The notes under the pieces are model-generated. The model was not told the DNA's origin and did no database searches. It saw only the letters and a program-made list of their open reading frames with translations. 31,824 nucleotides of DNA from Azolla caroliniana (lineage: Eukaryota; Plantae; Polypodiophyta), in contig JBHGNT010000359.1 in NCBI GenBank assembly GCA_043228905.1, forward strand, positions 1-31,824. The letters run 5' to 3'. This document shows, one piece after another, positions 1 to 13,028 of the stretch (its first letter is position 1; each line of letters opens with the position of its first letter). The translations under genes were made by a program, and so were the position numbers.

Positions 1-1523
1 GAGATATGTTGCAAGCTCAATTTCATTCACAACTCCGTGGTATAAAAGAAGTCCAACCGCTTGGTAAAGGCTTCTATCAAATCACACTAGAAGACAAGGA
101 GTCTGCAACGAACCTCATAGCACTTTCCCCCTGCCAGGTCCGAAATACATGGTTGTTCATGCGTAAATGGACACATGGTTTTAACCCAGAGAAAGCCGCA
201 CAACAAGATGACTCCATGAAAAAGGTAACAATGTTGTTTCCTGGACTATCCTTAGAATAAAACATGTTACTTCCTATCATTGGCAACTCCTTTGGGATGA
301 TGTTGGATGAGGAACTAACACTAGCAGACAAACTAAAGGAGCACCTAGGCCCTCCCTTTATCCGCCTCTTGGTGCAGGACATCAATAAACTTCCCTCCAA
401 GATCCTCATTCCCGGGAAAAACGGAATGCGAATTGAACAACGCATAGAAGTGATTGGCGCACCAGGGCAATGTTTTGCATGCAAAAAACTTGGTCATTTA
501 AAAAAGAATTGCCCCACAAGACGTATTAAAGATCCTACAAAGGAGACTCTGGAAGGTCAGGATACCATAAGACATCAAAAGCCTCCCCCACCACGACCCG
601 ACAAGGCTGTGATGGAATGGCGAGTGGTGGAAAAAACCCATGTCCTTCGAAAAACATCACCGACACAAAATCCTCCATCGCCTATGAGCCTCAATCGCTT
701 TGATCTACTACAAGAGCTCCCCCCCACAGATGAGCATTCCCCTAGTTCTTTCGTAAGCCCCAAGGAACAACCTAAGGTGACACCAAGCACCCAAGAGAAA
801 ATTCTTGTTAAAGCTTACAAAACAGGGAAACGCAGACGAATAAGTCATGTAAAGACCCTAATAAGGAGCTTGAGTGGAACGACACCCAATGCAGAATCAA
901 CAACCCAAGGCAGAAGTGTGAATGTCACGCCTCAAATCATAGTCGTCCCGGACACAAATGAGTATGCTTCCTCTAGCCAAGACCTTGAACCACACCCTCA
1001 AAACGCCTTGAAATGGATAGGTATAGGGCTCAAGGCAGTGGAAAAAATAAGGGTACATGTATCAGCGGTGCACAATAACGAAGTTCCGACGACCTCAATC
1101 TCCTTTCCACTCTTGCTTCCGACTCAGGAAGATTGGTCGAAATCCAAGATTAAAGATATGTTATGTAGCCAAGCAGCGTGCTTTGTAGCACAAATAAGAG
1201 ATGAAGAGCTCATGAATGAACTAAAGCAACATTGGCATAACACTGAATTCTGGTGCACCATGGATGAAGAGGACCCCCATCTTTGCCACATCCACCTGCG
1301 AACTATCATAAACACCCAACTAACTCCAAGCTTTGTCTATTTCTATGAGGAGCATGAAGGGGCGATTGAAGCCCACAAGATAGCCCACAAACTCCACTCA
1401 TGGATGTGGACCACTATTCCATCCCTGGAAATGACTGGATGTCTAAATGGTGAGTGTTCCCCACTCACGACCTGTTGTACAAAGCACCAGGCACAACTGG
1501 CAACCTCCCACCCCATTCCATGA
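1..1523 (+). pseudogene. LINE ORF1 (DUF4283-like N-terminal region + CCHC zinc knuckle), with an in-frame TAA at 258-260
   Basis: ORFs 6-260 and 264-1523 share a frame. LGKGFYQITL and WLFMRKW resemble plant L1 ORF1; knuckle CFACKKLGHLKKNC. Confidence 0.85.
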
Positions 1524-4500
1524 GTATGAAGATTATAACATGGAACGTGCAAGGACTCAGAAGTAGACTAGACCAGCAAAATAGATGGAAACTGAGAAGG
1601 GATCTTAAAGAACATTTACTAGGGAGTGGTGCTGACATCATCATGTTGCAGGAACACCACCTCGATAGCACACAGTTAAAGGAAGTCGGAGACCTTCTAC
1701 CAGGATCATGGCGAACGATTTGGGAGCCGGCAATTGGGGAGGATGGAAATCATGGTGGTATTTGCACTTTGATTCGGGAACATCTAGCCCAAGGCTTAAT
1801 ACACCAAGAATCCCTTATACCTGGTAGGGCACATTTTTGCACGCTGACCATCCAAGGGCAACGATGGAACTTCATGAATGTTTATGCTCCAAATAACAGA
1901 ACAGAAAGAGCAACATTCTGGGACCGCATCCGCCTACAAGTAGTGGGTGCGAAAGAGTGGTGCATTGGAGGGGATTTTAATATGATCGAATCCATTCATG
2001 ATAGCTCCAACAACCCCATAGTTCTACAAGGAAGGGAACGCAAACAATAGGAGAAGCTATGTGTCCACCTTAACCTGTGAGACATCTGGCATTCTACCAA
2101 CTTCCAACGGAAAAGGGACTCTCTCCTATTCTCCCGATCAGACGGGCGGAATAGTGGACCCACCCTATCTCGCATTGACCGCATTTATGTGGGGGAGGCT
2201 TTAGAAGCGAAGGGAGGGTGGTGTCACATAACTCCAGGCACGACTTTCTCTGACCATTACCCGGTAGCTGGTCAATTTCAATTGCACCGAAAATGGGGCC
2301 CATTCCAGACTCGCATCCCTCACACTATTTACACACTTATAGACGTGAAGGACCAACTATCCAACAAATGGTCATTACCCGTCAATGGCTCATCAACATC
2401 GGACAAACTTTTAGCTAAATTAACAAGAGCCTCTACTCTCCTACATGAGATTGTCAAGACCAGACGCAAGGATGCTCAGGAGAAGCGATAGAGGACAAAA
2501 CGGGGACTAATAGCCTTACAACGACTCCAACAAAGATACCCATCCTGTAGTTGGATCGCAGGACAAGTCGCCACGGCCAAACAGGAACTTAGCATGGCAG
2601 AAAAGGCAATATATGACATGGAGTTTCATGGCAGCATGGCACGATGGATTTGAGTAGGGGACAAAACCACAGGAATTCTTCCGCTCCAAAGGCCCAAGGC
2701 ACGCTAGAACTGTGATGCGCAGCCTCAACCGGGACGATGGAACAACCACTGAGGATGGCGACAAAATGAGGAATATTGCCACAAGGTATTATAGCCGCCT
2801 ACTTACCGAAGACATGATAGCTACATGGGAAGACATAAGCGATGATATTATCCTCCAAAGAATACCCGAGAAAGTCACACCGGAAATGAATACCTGGCTT
2901 GTGCGTCCCCTATCAATCATTGAGATATGGGAGGCCCTCACTGATTTAGATGCCGAGAGCTGCCCTGGAATTGACGGTCTCACCCCGCATTTTTTCACAT
3001 GCCTTTGGGGCACTATTAAAGAAGACCTCCTCCAGGCATATGAGGAGATCATCACCTCTGGAACCATGCCAGAGGAATTTGGACAGGCGATGATACATCT
3101 CATTCCTAAAAGTGGTGGGAATGCCAACGACATTCACAAGTGGCGGCCCATTACTCTTCTCAATATTGTCTATAAGTTGCTCGCAAAAATCGTGGCACGC
3201 CGTTTAACTCCACTTCTCCCTCAACTCATTCATCCGTCACAGACAGGTTTCGTTAGAAATCGGAGCATCCTAGACCACCTCTTCTCATTTTGGGAAGCAG
3301 TAGCCCTTGCCAAGCAGACCAACAAGAAGGTAGCGGTGGTGCTACTAGATTTTGAGAAAGCCTATGACGGGGTATGCTGGAACTTTCTAGAAAGTGTGAT
3401 GAGGAAACTCGGCTTTCAAGAGACATGGATCAAAGGCATTGCAGGATTTTATAGGAATGGCAGCAGTTGCGTTTCGCTGGCAGGTGAAAGGGGCCCCTTT
3501 TTCCGAATATCCCGCTCTGTACGGCAGGGATGCCCACTAGCTCCATCCTTATTTCTATTATACGCCGAAGCACTCTCTTGCTTTCTCAACTCGCGGCATC
3601 TCAACCTACGTGGTCTTCCCATACCTCATTCTTACCAAAGCATCCTGGATATAGAATTTGCAGATGACACAGCAGTCTACCTGCAAGGGGACCTGGAAAA
3701 CCTCCAAAAGCTCGAAAGTGGGCTAGTTTTATTTTGCAAGCGATCCAATGCCATGATCAATTGACACAAATCCTGTGCAATATGGCTCTCTCAGGAAACA
3801 CATCCGGCGTGGCACCCACACCCCGCTTTCAAGTGGATCAAGCAAGGAGCGAGCACCAAATATTTGGGCTTCCAAATTGGCTTCAACATACCGTCGGAGA
3901 CTATGATTGCACCCGTTATCCTTTCCATTCGACAAAAGCTGATACATTGGAGCTCTAAAAAAGTGTCACTAGCAGGTCGCATCATAGTGGCAAATCAGGT
4001 ACTCCTCGCAACAGCATGGTACAGTCTATCATGTTGGACAATCTCCAAGGAAAGTATACATCAGATTCAACGACTGGTCCGCAACTACATTTGGTCTTGT
4101 AAGGAAGACCATGTAGCTCGCGCCAAGGTGGCGTGGCCTATACTCACAACGCCTAAGTCGAGAGGGGGATTGGGTCTTATTGATCCCCTTTCACAATCGA
4201 AAGCCTTACTTGCCAAATTTGTGGTGCGAGGACTCCAACCAGGAAATGATTGTTGGAAAATGCTACTAAGGTTACGTTTCGCTTACTTTAGGCCACGAAA
4301 AGGGGTCAATTGGGCCCCCCAAACGGGATGGATTCTAAACATGGATCTCAAACCTAGTTTCTCCCGCCATTTGGAGGACAGATTCAGTGCATCCATGTGG
4401 AAGGCATGGTGTGACATTCGTCGAGGGCTCCAGTGTGATCAACCGAGATCCGAACCTGCCTGGCTCAGTCAACGTATCCTATGGAACCCGTGCCTCAAGG

Positions 4501-5813
4501 ATGAATATAATCAACTACTGGGATCACATAAGGGGTTGTCATGGGGATACATTGCAGAAGGTCTAGGCAAAAGTATAGAATGTTGGCGACGGTTTATGTC
4601 AATGCCACTACAAGATCAAGCGAACATACTCCATGGAATCAGGGGCGGATGGACTATGAGATCGGAAATCATTAACGTGCTTCTGATTAGGGAATCTGCT
4701 ACTCAAAGGACGACAATGGAGAAATGGATAGGCCACGAGGAGGAGGGCTCTCTGATCTCGAGAGGTAGGGGATCACCAGACAAGCTCGAAGGCCATGAAT
4801 TGCGAGACACTGTGACACCCACACAGAATAACGTCATTTGAGTACTAGCGTACACTGGTCATAAATGGATTGTAGATCCTGATCCGATCAAAGTACAACC
4901 CGATTGGCATATATGTACTCATGAAAACACATGGCTACATAAGGTCAGTTGGGACCCTTTGCAATGGACATGGCGTGATCCCTACGCGGGGCAAGGAAGC
5001 AAACCCATCCCTTTCTTCCAATTCACAACTAGATTGGGTCGCCACATTCTAGCTGCTCAAGCCGCCCGAGAGCCGGCTGCTGCGAAGGTCTGGCACACAT
5101 TTCAAGTTCCCTCCGCAATAATCACCAAGTTTTGGCAGAAAATCTGGAAGCAACAACTCGCGAGGCGAATTACCACTTTCCAATGGTTGTTAATACATAA
5201 GTCCCTACCGGTGGGAGCATGGCAACGTGGGAACCTTAGCTCTCCTAATTGTGTAGAGTGCCCACATGCAGTAGAATCCATACGACACGCTCTGTGGGAC
5301 TGCCCAACGTCCCATAGAATATGGCGGGGGGTTGGCCACTTGTTGCAATTATGCCAGGTGCAAGGTTCAATCAAGTGGGGAAATATATGTTGGCTATCAT
5401 GGCAGGCTGCAATTGGCCGATACGAGCATCAGGAGGAGGGGATGACTTTGGTGATAAAAGTGCAAGAGGTTCTTTTCTCCTCCAGCGGCAATGTCCACTA
5501 TATCCCTCTTAATGACAAATCTCAAGAGGTGTTGGAATTGGTCAGCCCAATAACCCTTTGGATTCTATGGAAACAACGATGTAGGCGAGTCTTCTCCAAC
5601 CAAACCACCCATCCAACAAGGTTACTGCAAGAGATATGGAGTGAAATTGTAGCCACTCTGAAGAGCCAATATGATGGCCTTAAAGGTGGCTCCGAGGGAG
5701 TTGAAAGACAACGCATAGCCTTCATCCAACAATGGTCGTCCTCTCCCTTTCTTGAGTCATTGGGCTTCCACATTAGATGGAACTATCGCGTCCCTTTAGG
5801 GATTTGTACATAA
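1520..5813 (+). pseudogene. LINE ORF2 (AP endonuclease - reverse transcriptase - zf-RVT) with 6 in-frame stops and 1 frameshift
   Basis: Endonuclease: IITWNVQG, LQEH, GGDFN, SRIDRIYV, SDHYPV. RT: WRPITLLN, LDFEKAYD, RQGCPLAP, FADD. zf-RVT: CVEC..ESIRHALWDC; also LWILWKQR. Stops at 2048, 2078, 2489, 2651, 3762, 4839; frameshift near 2665-2670. Confidence 0.95.
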
Positions 5814-6109
5814 TCGTCTCATTTGTAAAATTTTATAACTAATGGAAAGAGTTTTTTTTTTGGAAAAAAAACAAAAAAAACAAAAAAAAAATGTTAATTT
5901 GAAGATAAAAATTACTTTAGCATAAAGAGTATGAAAAATCGAAAAGTAAGAATCAATGTTGGAATTTTATGTAAAGACCATGTCATAGGATGCATGATAC
6001 ACCCTAGGGGCAAAAACATCACTAAATTCAAAGGAAAAAACTATACCCACTCAAAATACAAGATTAGATGTGATAGGTAGCAACAATCCAAAATGTTTTT
6101 TCCAAGAGG

Positions 6110-7135
6110 TAGGGAAAGTGCACAAGAGGAAGACACATTCATTGTTAACTCGTCATCTTTAGTCATGTTTTGAGCCTATAATTGAGACCATAATGCATCA
6201 AACTCATTCAAATGAGAGGCAACGCTATTGATGTCTCTCATGTGAAGATCATAGAGCTTCCTCATTAGATAGACTTTATTTGATGTGGTCTCCTTCTTGT
6301 AGTTGCTACATAATTTTGTCCATAGTTTTTCAAACGAGTCACTAGCAATGGGCCCAGTTTCGGCTCGAACCGAACCGAACCGTTAAGTCATGGTTTAAAG
6401 ATTTATAAGTTCCAAAATAATTAAATGGTTTGGTTTGGTTTTAATTATTAATAAACGGTTCGTTTTTAGTTTGGTTTGGTTTTGAAACTGGGGTTTATCG
6501 GTTTATAGGTTTAAGTGGTTTGGTTTAAAGGTTTATAGGTTTTTGGGCTAACTTTTTTTATCCCTTAAATGTTTATTTAATTTTAATGACTTAATTGTTT
6601 TTTTAATTAATTAATTTAACATAAATGCTTATTTAATTTAGTGTATTTTTATTTATTTAATTTTTTAATTAATTTGGCTTAAATTGGGTTAGGTTTAAAC
6701 TTTTTATTAAATTGCTCAATTTGGTTTCAACTTTTCCCTAAACGGTTTTGGTTTAAATAGTTTGGTTTTCCTTTTCTTAAATGGTTTGGTTTAATGGCTT
6801 GAAAGTTCATAAAGAGTTTGGTTTGGTTTTTGTTTTATATAAATGGTTTGGTTCAGTTCGGTTTGGTTTCAAGGCAAAGAAACCGAACCGGGCCCGTTGC
6901 TACGAGTCACAATCTAAGACCGTGAAGTATATACATTGTCTATTAGGTGCAAGTTGCAACATTATGGCTGACAATAACAAAGGATTATCTTCTTCCCAAC
7001 ATCATTGGTGATGCCTTCAGGACTCTTGTTTTCACCGTTCAATGGCCTTATTTGCCGTCATTGAATGAGTACATCTCTCATCTAATTCTTCCACATGAAA
7101 ATTTTAGATCCGCTAAACTTGTGGATCTCAAGATG
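6110..7135 (-). pseudogene. Ty1/Copia (Tnt1-like) gag remnant, interrupted by a MITE
   Basis: Manual minus-strand translation gives LEIHKFSGSKIFMWKN*MRDVLIQ ... FTVLDCDS | FEKLWTKLCSNYKKETTSNKVYLMRKLYDLHMRDINSVASHLNEFDALWSQL (UBN2-type gag). The reading continues across the MITE once it and one TSD copy are removed. Confidence 0.8.
6343..6902. mobile_element. Non-autonomous hAT-type DNA transposon (MITE), 560 bp
   Basis: Imperfect TIRs TAGCAATGGGCCCAGTTTCGG / CCGAACCGGGCCCGTTGCTA; 8-bp TSD CGAGTCAC at 6335-6342 and 6903-6910; many subterminal GGTTT/AACCG motifs; AT-rich non-coding core. Confidence 0.92.
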
Positions 7136-7435
7136 GTGTTTCCTAGGCAACACATGAGGTAAGTGAAACCTAAAACATTTCAAAAACCATTAGATAGTAA
7201 TGAGACGTAGTTAATTGCAAACCTAAGCACCTAACCATAGTTGGGGCACTACTCCTTGGTCACTCTCAAGCACGACTATCACCGGTAAAAACAAAGATAA
7301 GTTGTCCATGCTACATCAAATACATGTCTCTATGACACATGCCAGAATTTATGTTGTAGGTTTCACAATGTTTAGACGTGATCCATGATATCCTTGTACA
7401 TTTTTAACCACCAATACTTCTAGGTAGACAAATGT

Positions 7436-7525
7436 TGCCCATATTCTTATATATCTCACCCATAAGCTATCATGTTATTTTGCCCATATTCTTATATGCC
7501 TCACCCATAAGCTATCATGTTATTT
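7436..7525. repeat. 45-bp tandem duplication (2 copies)
   Basis: TGCCCATATTCTTATAT..CTCACCCATAAGCTATCATGTTATTT at 7436-7480 and 7481-7525. Confidence 0.9.
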
Positions 7526-8150
7526 AGCAATCAATATTGTCTGCCATTCATTTTTGTGCACCATCATTAAGTGGTGTTCCAACGCTTTGAGAGGTGCTTC
7601 CATAAGTACCCTTCACACAAAAGGAACCTTAATTGTGGTATAAGTCATAAGTTAAAATATTAATTCAATATCATAAAAACGTCCCATAAATCATTAATTC
7701 ATCGAACCCACAATTTCAAGCTCATCAAATCAAAAACTATTAAACCAATATAATTTGAAACCAAAGCGTTGAAGATTTGTTATTTGAGACAAAAAGAGCC
7801 AAGTAGTTAGATTAACTAAGAACCCCACCCCCAATAAACATTCTCCGACATTTCCAATAGTGAGACCATTATGATGAAGGATTACCAAGAGGTTTTTATC
7901 ATAGATTTAGCAATCATGTTAAAGGTTACAAACAATGGTGTACTACAAACAATAAAGAGGTTAATGCAATCAAAAAGCATGCTAAAATGTGGGATTACCT
8001 ATTGCTAATTTATTTAACCCATGAACATGTAGATGTCTCAAAGGCTTTCTTCAATCCAAACATGCTCCCCAAATAGTGTAAAGACTCAGCAATATCTCGA
8101 ACAACTTGGTCATTATCTGATCCGAGGATGAAGATATCAATGCTCATCAA

Positions 8151-8539
8151 AGAATGGAAAACTATTTTTGTGGTTAGGCTCCTTGAGAGGGAGATGACTG
8201 AAATAATATCAAATTCTCAAAACTTCAAATAATTTTATGAAGCATGCCATCCCTACTTCAAGATTCTAAGCATATCACCAACAAGGTGAAGTGAACCTGT
8301 TACCAATACCTGCAGGGAAAGCAAGAGTTGGTTAATCAATTTACTGGTAATGGATTGTATTGGCCCCCACTATGAACACAAGTTTTATACAAAGTACAAA
8401 TGAGAATAATTAAGCTTTACTAGAACATAGGATATAGATTTGAATCTAAACCATCATGAGATTTTAAGTCAACTAACACTGATCATGTTGTAACTTTTTT
8501 CTTGTCAGAGTAATTTGACTTTTTACACTTCCCATTGTG
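8151..8539. repeat. Dispersed direct repeat, copy 1 (about 390 bp; FPGS terminal exon plus flanks)
   Basis: Aligns by eye along its full length with 22923-23313, with scattered substitutions and a few small indels. Confidence 0.93.
8253..8309 (-). CDS. FPGS: Folylpolyglutamate synthase, terminal coding exon (VLVTGSLHLVGDMLRILK*)
   Basis: Acceptor TTTCCCTGCAG then GTA TTG GTA ACA GGT TCA CTT CAC CTT GTT GGT GAT...TAG; matches the conserved FPGS C-terminal motif VLVTGSLHLVGD. Confidence 0.85.
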   Translation of the reverse strand, partial: VLVTGSLHLVGDMLRILK

Positions 8540-10139
8540 TCTTTATATTTATAACATGTAAAGGACCAGAAGATTTTACAAATGACTTGATGGATCAAAT
8601 TTCAATATTTAAAAAACCTTGCTCCATTGTATTTAATTCTCATTAATATGCTCAAAGTTTCAGACAACATCAGGAAAAGATATACGGCAAATAATGCATA
8701 TGAGTACTATACAGCAATTAATGCATATGCAATTAAAAGGATACGTGGCATGATACATCACCCTCTAAAATATGATCAAAACTGTGGGCATGAGTTTATT
8801 CATAAAATCATTCTCATCTTCTTTCCCAGATTTAACATCAAGACACAAAAGCTTGGTAAGATTGCTTCCTCCCATTTGAATTCAAAGAATGAATTCCACA
8901 AAGAGCTCTATCATCTTTCTATGTATGAAATCTAACTGAGATTCATGTAGAATATCTGGAAGGGAAGGCCTTGAATGTATACTGAGCATCTTCACCAGTA
9001 GGTAAGCACAGAAGTATCTAAATTCCTGAGACATTTATTATTAAGGATAAGCCCATAAGGAGAGAATCTATCTTGGCTTTGTGAATTTCTGGTAGTCCTT
9101 TGCATTCTATCACCTACTCAGCTCAGAACCACCAGGGACTGAATTATTTTTCACACTCATCATCAACATAAAACAGTTCATGCCCAATCAAAAGATGTGG
9201 GATTAAGCCATCTCAGAGCTCATCCAGAGCTACAAGGAGCTGAAGAAGCTCCAAGCACAGAAAAACACAATTAGGCTCAACAACATACACTAAACATAGA
9301 CATTAAAGAATTAACCTTGGTTCTCTACCTACCTTGGACAACTTGTTTACTAGAATGACTATATATCATCTCTCACCGTTAAGATTAGCCTTGGTTCTCC
9401 CCTGTCATGTAGAGTTATCGCATCAAGGTTCACAGCAATGTTCACAAAGAACAAGGATTAACCTGATGTGGACAATTTTGTTACTTTAAAGTTGAGTAGA
9501 ATGCCTATATATAGACATCAACACAAACAAGGATTACCCTGTTGTGGGTGATTTCATCATATGAAAGATTAGACATCCCATAGACAGCATCTCAACATTA
9601 ATCCTAGTCTCTACCATCATGGGCATAATTACATCAGAGCTGACTAGACTGTCCACAAGCATCTCACCATTTGAGTACCGTAACAGTACGAAGATTCATC
9701 ACGAAAAATCGAGGATTAACTTGGGCTCTCTCCTATCAGGTATAGTTATCACATTGAAGTTTAACCTAATGCCCATGAAGTCTACATCCAATGGCTCAAG
9801 AATTGGATGTAAGAGCTACAGTTCTCACAAGAATGGGATTTAGTTTCTGCTTCCTAAGCAACAATGGTTGAACTCCATCAACGGTTGACCATTCTCTGGG
9901 AACAAACAATGACAACAGCATTCTCCTACTCAACTTCTAACTTCGCCAACAATTCAAACCTCTCCCTCAACTCCACTCGCTTCCCCTCCCTCTACACACC
10001 AGCTTCCACCACTTCCCAAGTGGCTTCAAGCCACCATTCGCGATTCTCATCTCTCCGATGCTAAACTTCATGAGTATACATTTGGTTCTCCAACCAACAT
10101 GAAAAGAACACATAGGCCACAATGGCCTCTTCACTCATG

Positions 10140-11700
10140 CAACTTCGAATTATTGTGCACTGTTGTGCAATCACAAGAACCCACAACAGAAAAAGAGGCC
10201 CTTGTTCTTCCAAAGTGGAAAGTAGCAATGGAAGTTGAACTTGATTCCATTGAGCAGAATCATATAGGGGAGCTGGTCCCATGGCCTCAACATCGATAAG
10301 TCATTGGACTGAAATGGATTTTCAAGACCACATACCATGCTGATGGTACTTTGGATAAGCACAAGGCATGTTTAGTTGCAAAAGGCTCCTCACAAGTCGA
10401 AGGAGTGGACTGCGAGGAAACTTTTGCTCCAACAGCAAGGTATACCTCTATTCGATGTGCACTTGTACTTGCTGCCGACAACAAATGGCCCATCTTTCAA
10501 ATGGATGTCAAGTCAGCCTTCCTTAATGGTGACTAGAAAGAGGAGGTTTATGTTGAACAGCCTCCAGGTTTCGAGATTTCAAAGCAGAAAAACATGGTCT
10601 ACACAGGTTACACAAAGCCTTGTATGGCTTAAAGCAAGCTCCCAAAGCTTGGCATGAAAATTTTGATACCTTCTTTCTCTCTCTGGGTTTCAAAATTGTT
10701 ATGCTGACAGAAATCTCTAGGTTTTTTCCCAAGATATTTTGCTATGCTTGATCATATTATATGTTGATGACCTTCTAATGACAGGGTCCCTTGCTCCTAA
10801 AATCGAGGAGGTCCACGCTAACCTCAAAACAACCTTCGAAATGACTGATCTAGGACTTCTCCATTATTTCATAGGTATGGAGGTCTATCAATGACATTCC
10901 TCAGCCAACATAGGTATCTCAGGCAGCTCCTTGAGACCTATAGCATGTCAAATTGCAGGCCACTCTCCTATCCAATGGATCCAAACTCAAAGCTATCTCG
11001 TGAAGACAATTCTCCCATATTTGAAGATATCACGAAATATAAAAGGTTAATTGGGTCTCTTCTTCACTTAACTTACACCAAGCCTAATTTGTCCTATAGT
11101 GTGAGTATTCTCAGCTAATGCTCAAGTGCTCCAAGACAAAGATATTGGCAAGCAGCTATTCGAGTTCTTAGGTATTTGGCCAACACCCTCGACTATGGTC
11201 TCTCTTTTAGAGGCGGCATTGAGCTTGTTGGCTACTCGGACGCTAATTGGGCAGGTGATATTGATTCTAGAAAGTCTACATCTAGCTATTGTTTTATGTT
11301 AGGTTCATGCTTGATTTCTTGGAAATCAAAGAAGCAAAACTCAGTTTCTACTTCATCAACGGAAGCTGAATATCCAGCCTACTTGGATACTTGTTGTGAG
11401 TTGCTATGGTTAATGCAATTATTTTGTCACATTGGTGTTTTGCAAGACTCTCCTATTGCAGTTTTCACTAACAGCCAAAATGCCCATGCCATGGCACATA
11501 GATCAGCATTTCATGGTAGAACAAAACATATTGAAGTGCACTACCATTTTGTTCGTGAAGTAGTGAAATCACAAGTCATCAACTTGGCATCTTTTCCTAC
11601 TCAAGAAAATGTGGCTGATTTATTTACCAAGTCACTTCCCAGGCAAGCCATTGATCAACTCCTTGGTCAACTCAATGTTGGACCGCCGTTCTGGAACTAA
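10140..11700 (+). pseudogene. Ty1/Copia RT-RNase H remnant inside the FPGS last intron; 5'-truncated, with several stops and frameshifts
   Basis: KWKVAMEVELDSI, KACLVAKG, ETFAP, QMDVKSAFLNG, LYGLKQAP, LYVDDLL, GYSDANWAGD, STSSTEAEY, RTKHIEVHYHFVRE, ADLFTKSL. Confidence 0.93.
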
Positions 11701-11707
11701 GAGGAGG

Positions 11708-12316
11708 TGTTGGTGGCAGCTCCAGACCTGCACTCTCTTTCATCTTTATTATCTCTGTTCTACATTCTCTCTCTTCCTAAATTCTTCTCTCTAGAATATG
11801 CAACTCGTTAAATGCCTTCTCTCTCTAGAATCTGCAACGCTTTAAATGCCTTTTCTCTCTTCCACTTTTTCCAAGATATTCCCTCTTATTTCTAGTTTAT
11901 TGTACCTGTTTGGTAGTACAAGGGTCACTTAACTACCAAACAACCATTTCACCCACTTTTCCCAATTTTGTATAAATAGGCTATACCAGCCTCTTTTATA
12001 AAGACTTTTACTTTTGCTGCTACTTACAAACAAGCTCTACTCTGTGGCTGTCTCTACTCTTTGCAACCATTTTTTCTACTGCTGTCTAGCAGCCTTCTCA
12101 CAGTTTGGCTGTGTCTATTTTGTTCCGCTGCTGCTATTAACAGCTTTTCTCACAGACCGACTAGCATTAGTATATGGATCCTCTGTATCAGATGATTCCA
12201 TCGTTCGCCAGCTATAGTTTCCTCACCATTTGAACGTTTACCTTTGCTAAGATATTAAAATCTTCCCTTGTTTCTGATATGTCTCTACTCGTAGACAGAA
12301 ATTCAGCCATCCAATA
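11708..12316 (+). mobile_element. Putative 3' LTR of the Copia remnant
   Basis: Starts TGTTGGTGGC directly after a purine tract AAGAGGAGG (11699-11707) that overlaps the pol stop; TATAAATA at about 11971. Right end inferred from the imperfect inverted terminus GCCATCCAATA and is uncertain. Confidence 0.65.
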
Positions 12317-12339
12317 TCTGTTGTATATTCCATCAGTCA

Positions 12340-12780
12340 ACTCAAGAAACCCATGACAGTCTCCTATGATAATGTTTACAGACATAAAGAATGATTACTG
12401 CCCATGGTCCATTATCCTCCTTGCATAGATTTCTGCGTCAGTTTGAGGAACATGGTACACAGGGCCATTTGTACCCACAGAAACTCCTAATGGAACTTTT
12501 TGAAGATGAGCTACTAGAGCAAACGTTTTTATATGATCCACTATCTTCATCTGTGTGTAGCCTTGAGCTAATATTATGATTTTCACTTCTCTAGGGAACC
12601 ATCAGCCTTGTACTTCTGTCTTCCAAACCCATCGTGCTCTAATCTCCTCCCAACATAGAGACCAATTCGCCAAGTTCCTAGTTTTGTTTTCTCTATGATC
12701 TGGATTTCAGCATCCATCGCCAATTTCCATACATATTCTGCCAACACTTCAGCCATTGATGATATACTCCTCTACTTTGA
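12340..12780 (-). pseudogene. Highly degenerate Copia RT fragment
   Basis: Minus-strand pieces WKLAMDAEIQ, LAQGYTQ..DHIKTFALVA and VIILYV, in the expected RT order. Confidence 0.6.
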
Positions 12781-13028
12781 GGATTTCAGCTATTAATCTC
12801 ATAATGAAGGGTGTCCACTTCAGACACCTGTTCATCTATGCTCCTAGATCGTCTAGACTGATCCATTGGTTGGTATCCTAAAATTTCTAATGTATACCAT
12901 TGATGGCATTTCAAAATCATATCTTCCACCCAAATTTCATGAAAAATAAGTCAAATTCTAGGTAAAACAATTTCTCAGATAATAAATTGAACACTAAGCC
13001 AACTACATTAGAGGAAATTAGAGAAAAC

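Larger units (their letters stand above)
1..5891 (+). mobile_element. L1-clade LINE retrotransposon, decayed; 5' end lies outside the window
   Basis: ORF1 with CCHC knuckle, then ORF2 with endonuclease, RT and zf-RVT; short 3' UTR and A-rich tail (C-interrupted) at 5864-5891. Confidence 0.95.

Noticed and set aside
6420-6870. Telomere-like repeats (GGTTT-rich)
   Set aside because: Not TTTAGGG arrays; explained as MITE subterminal motifs.
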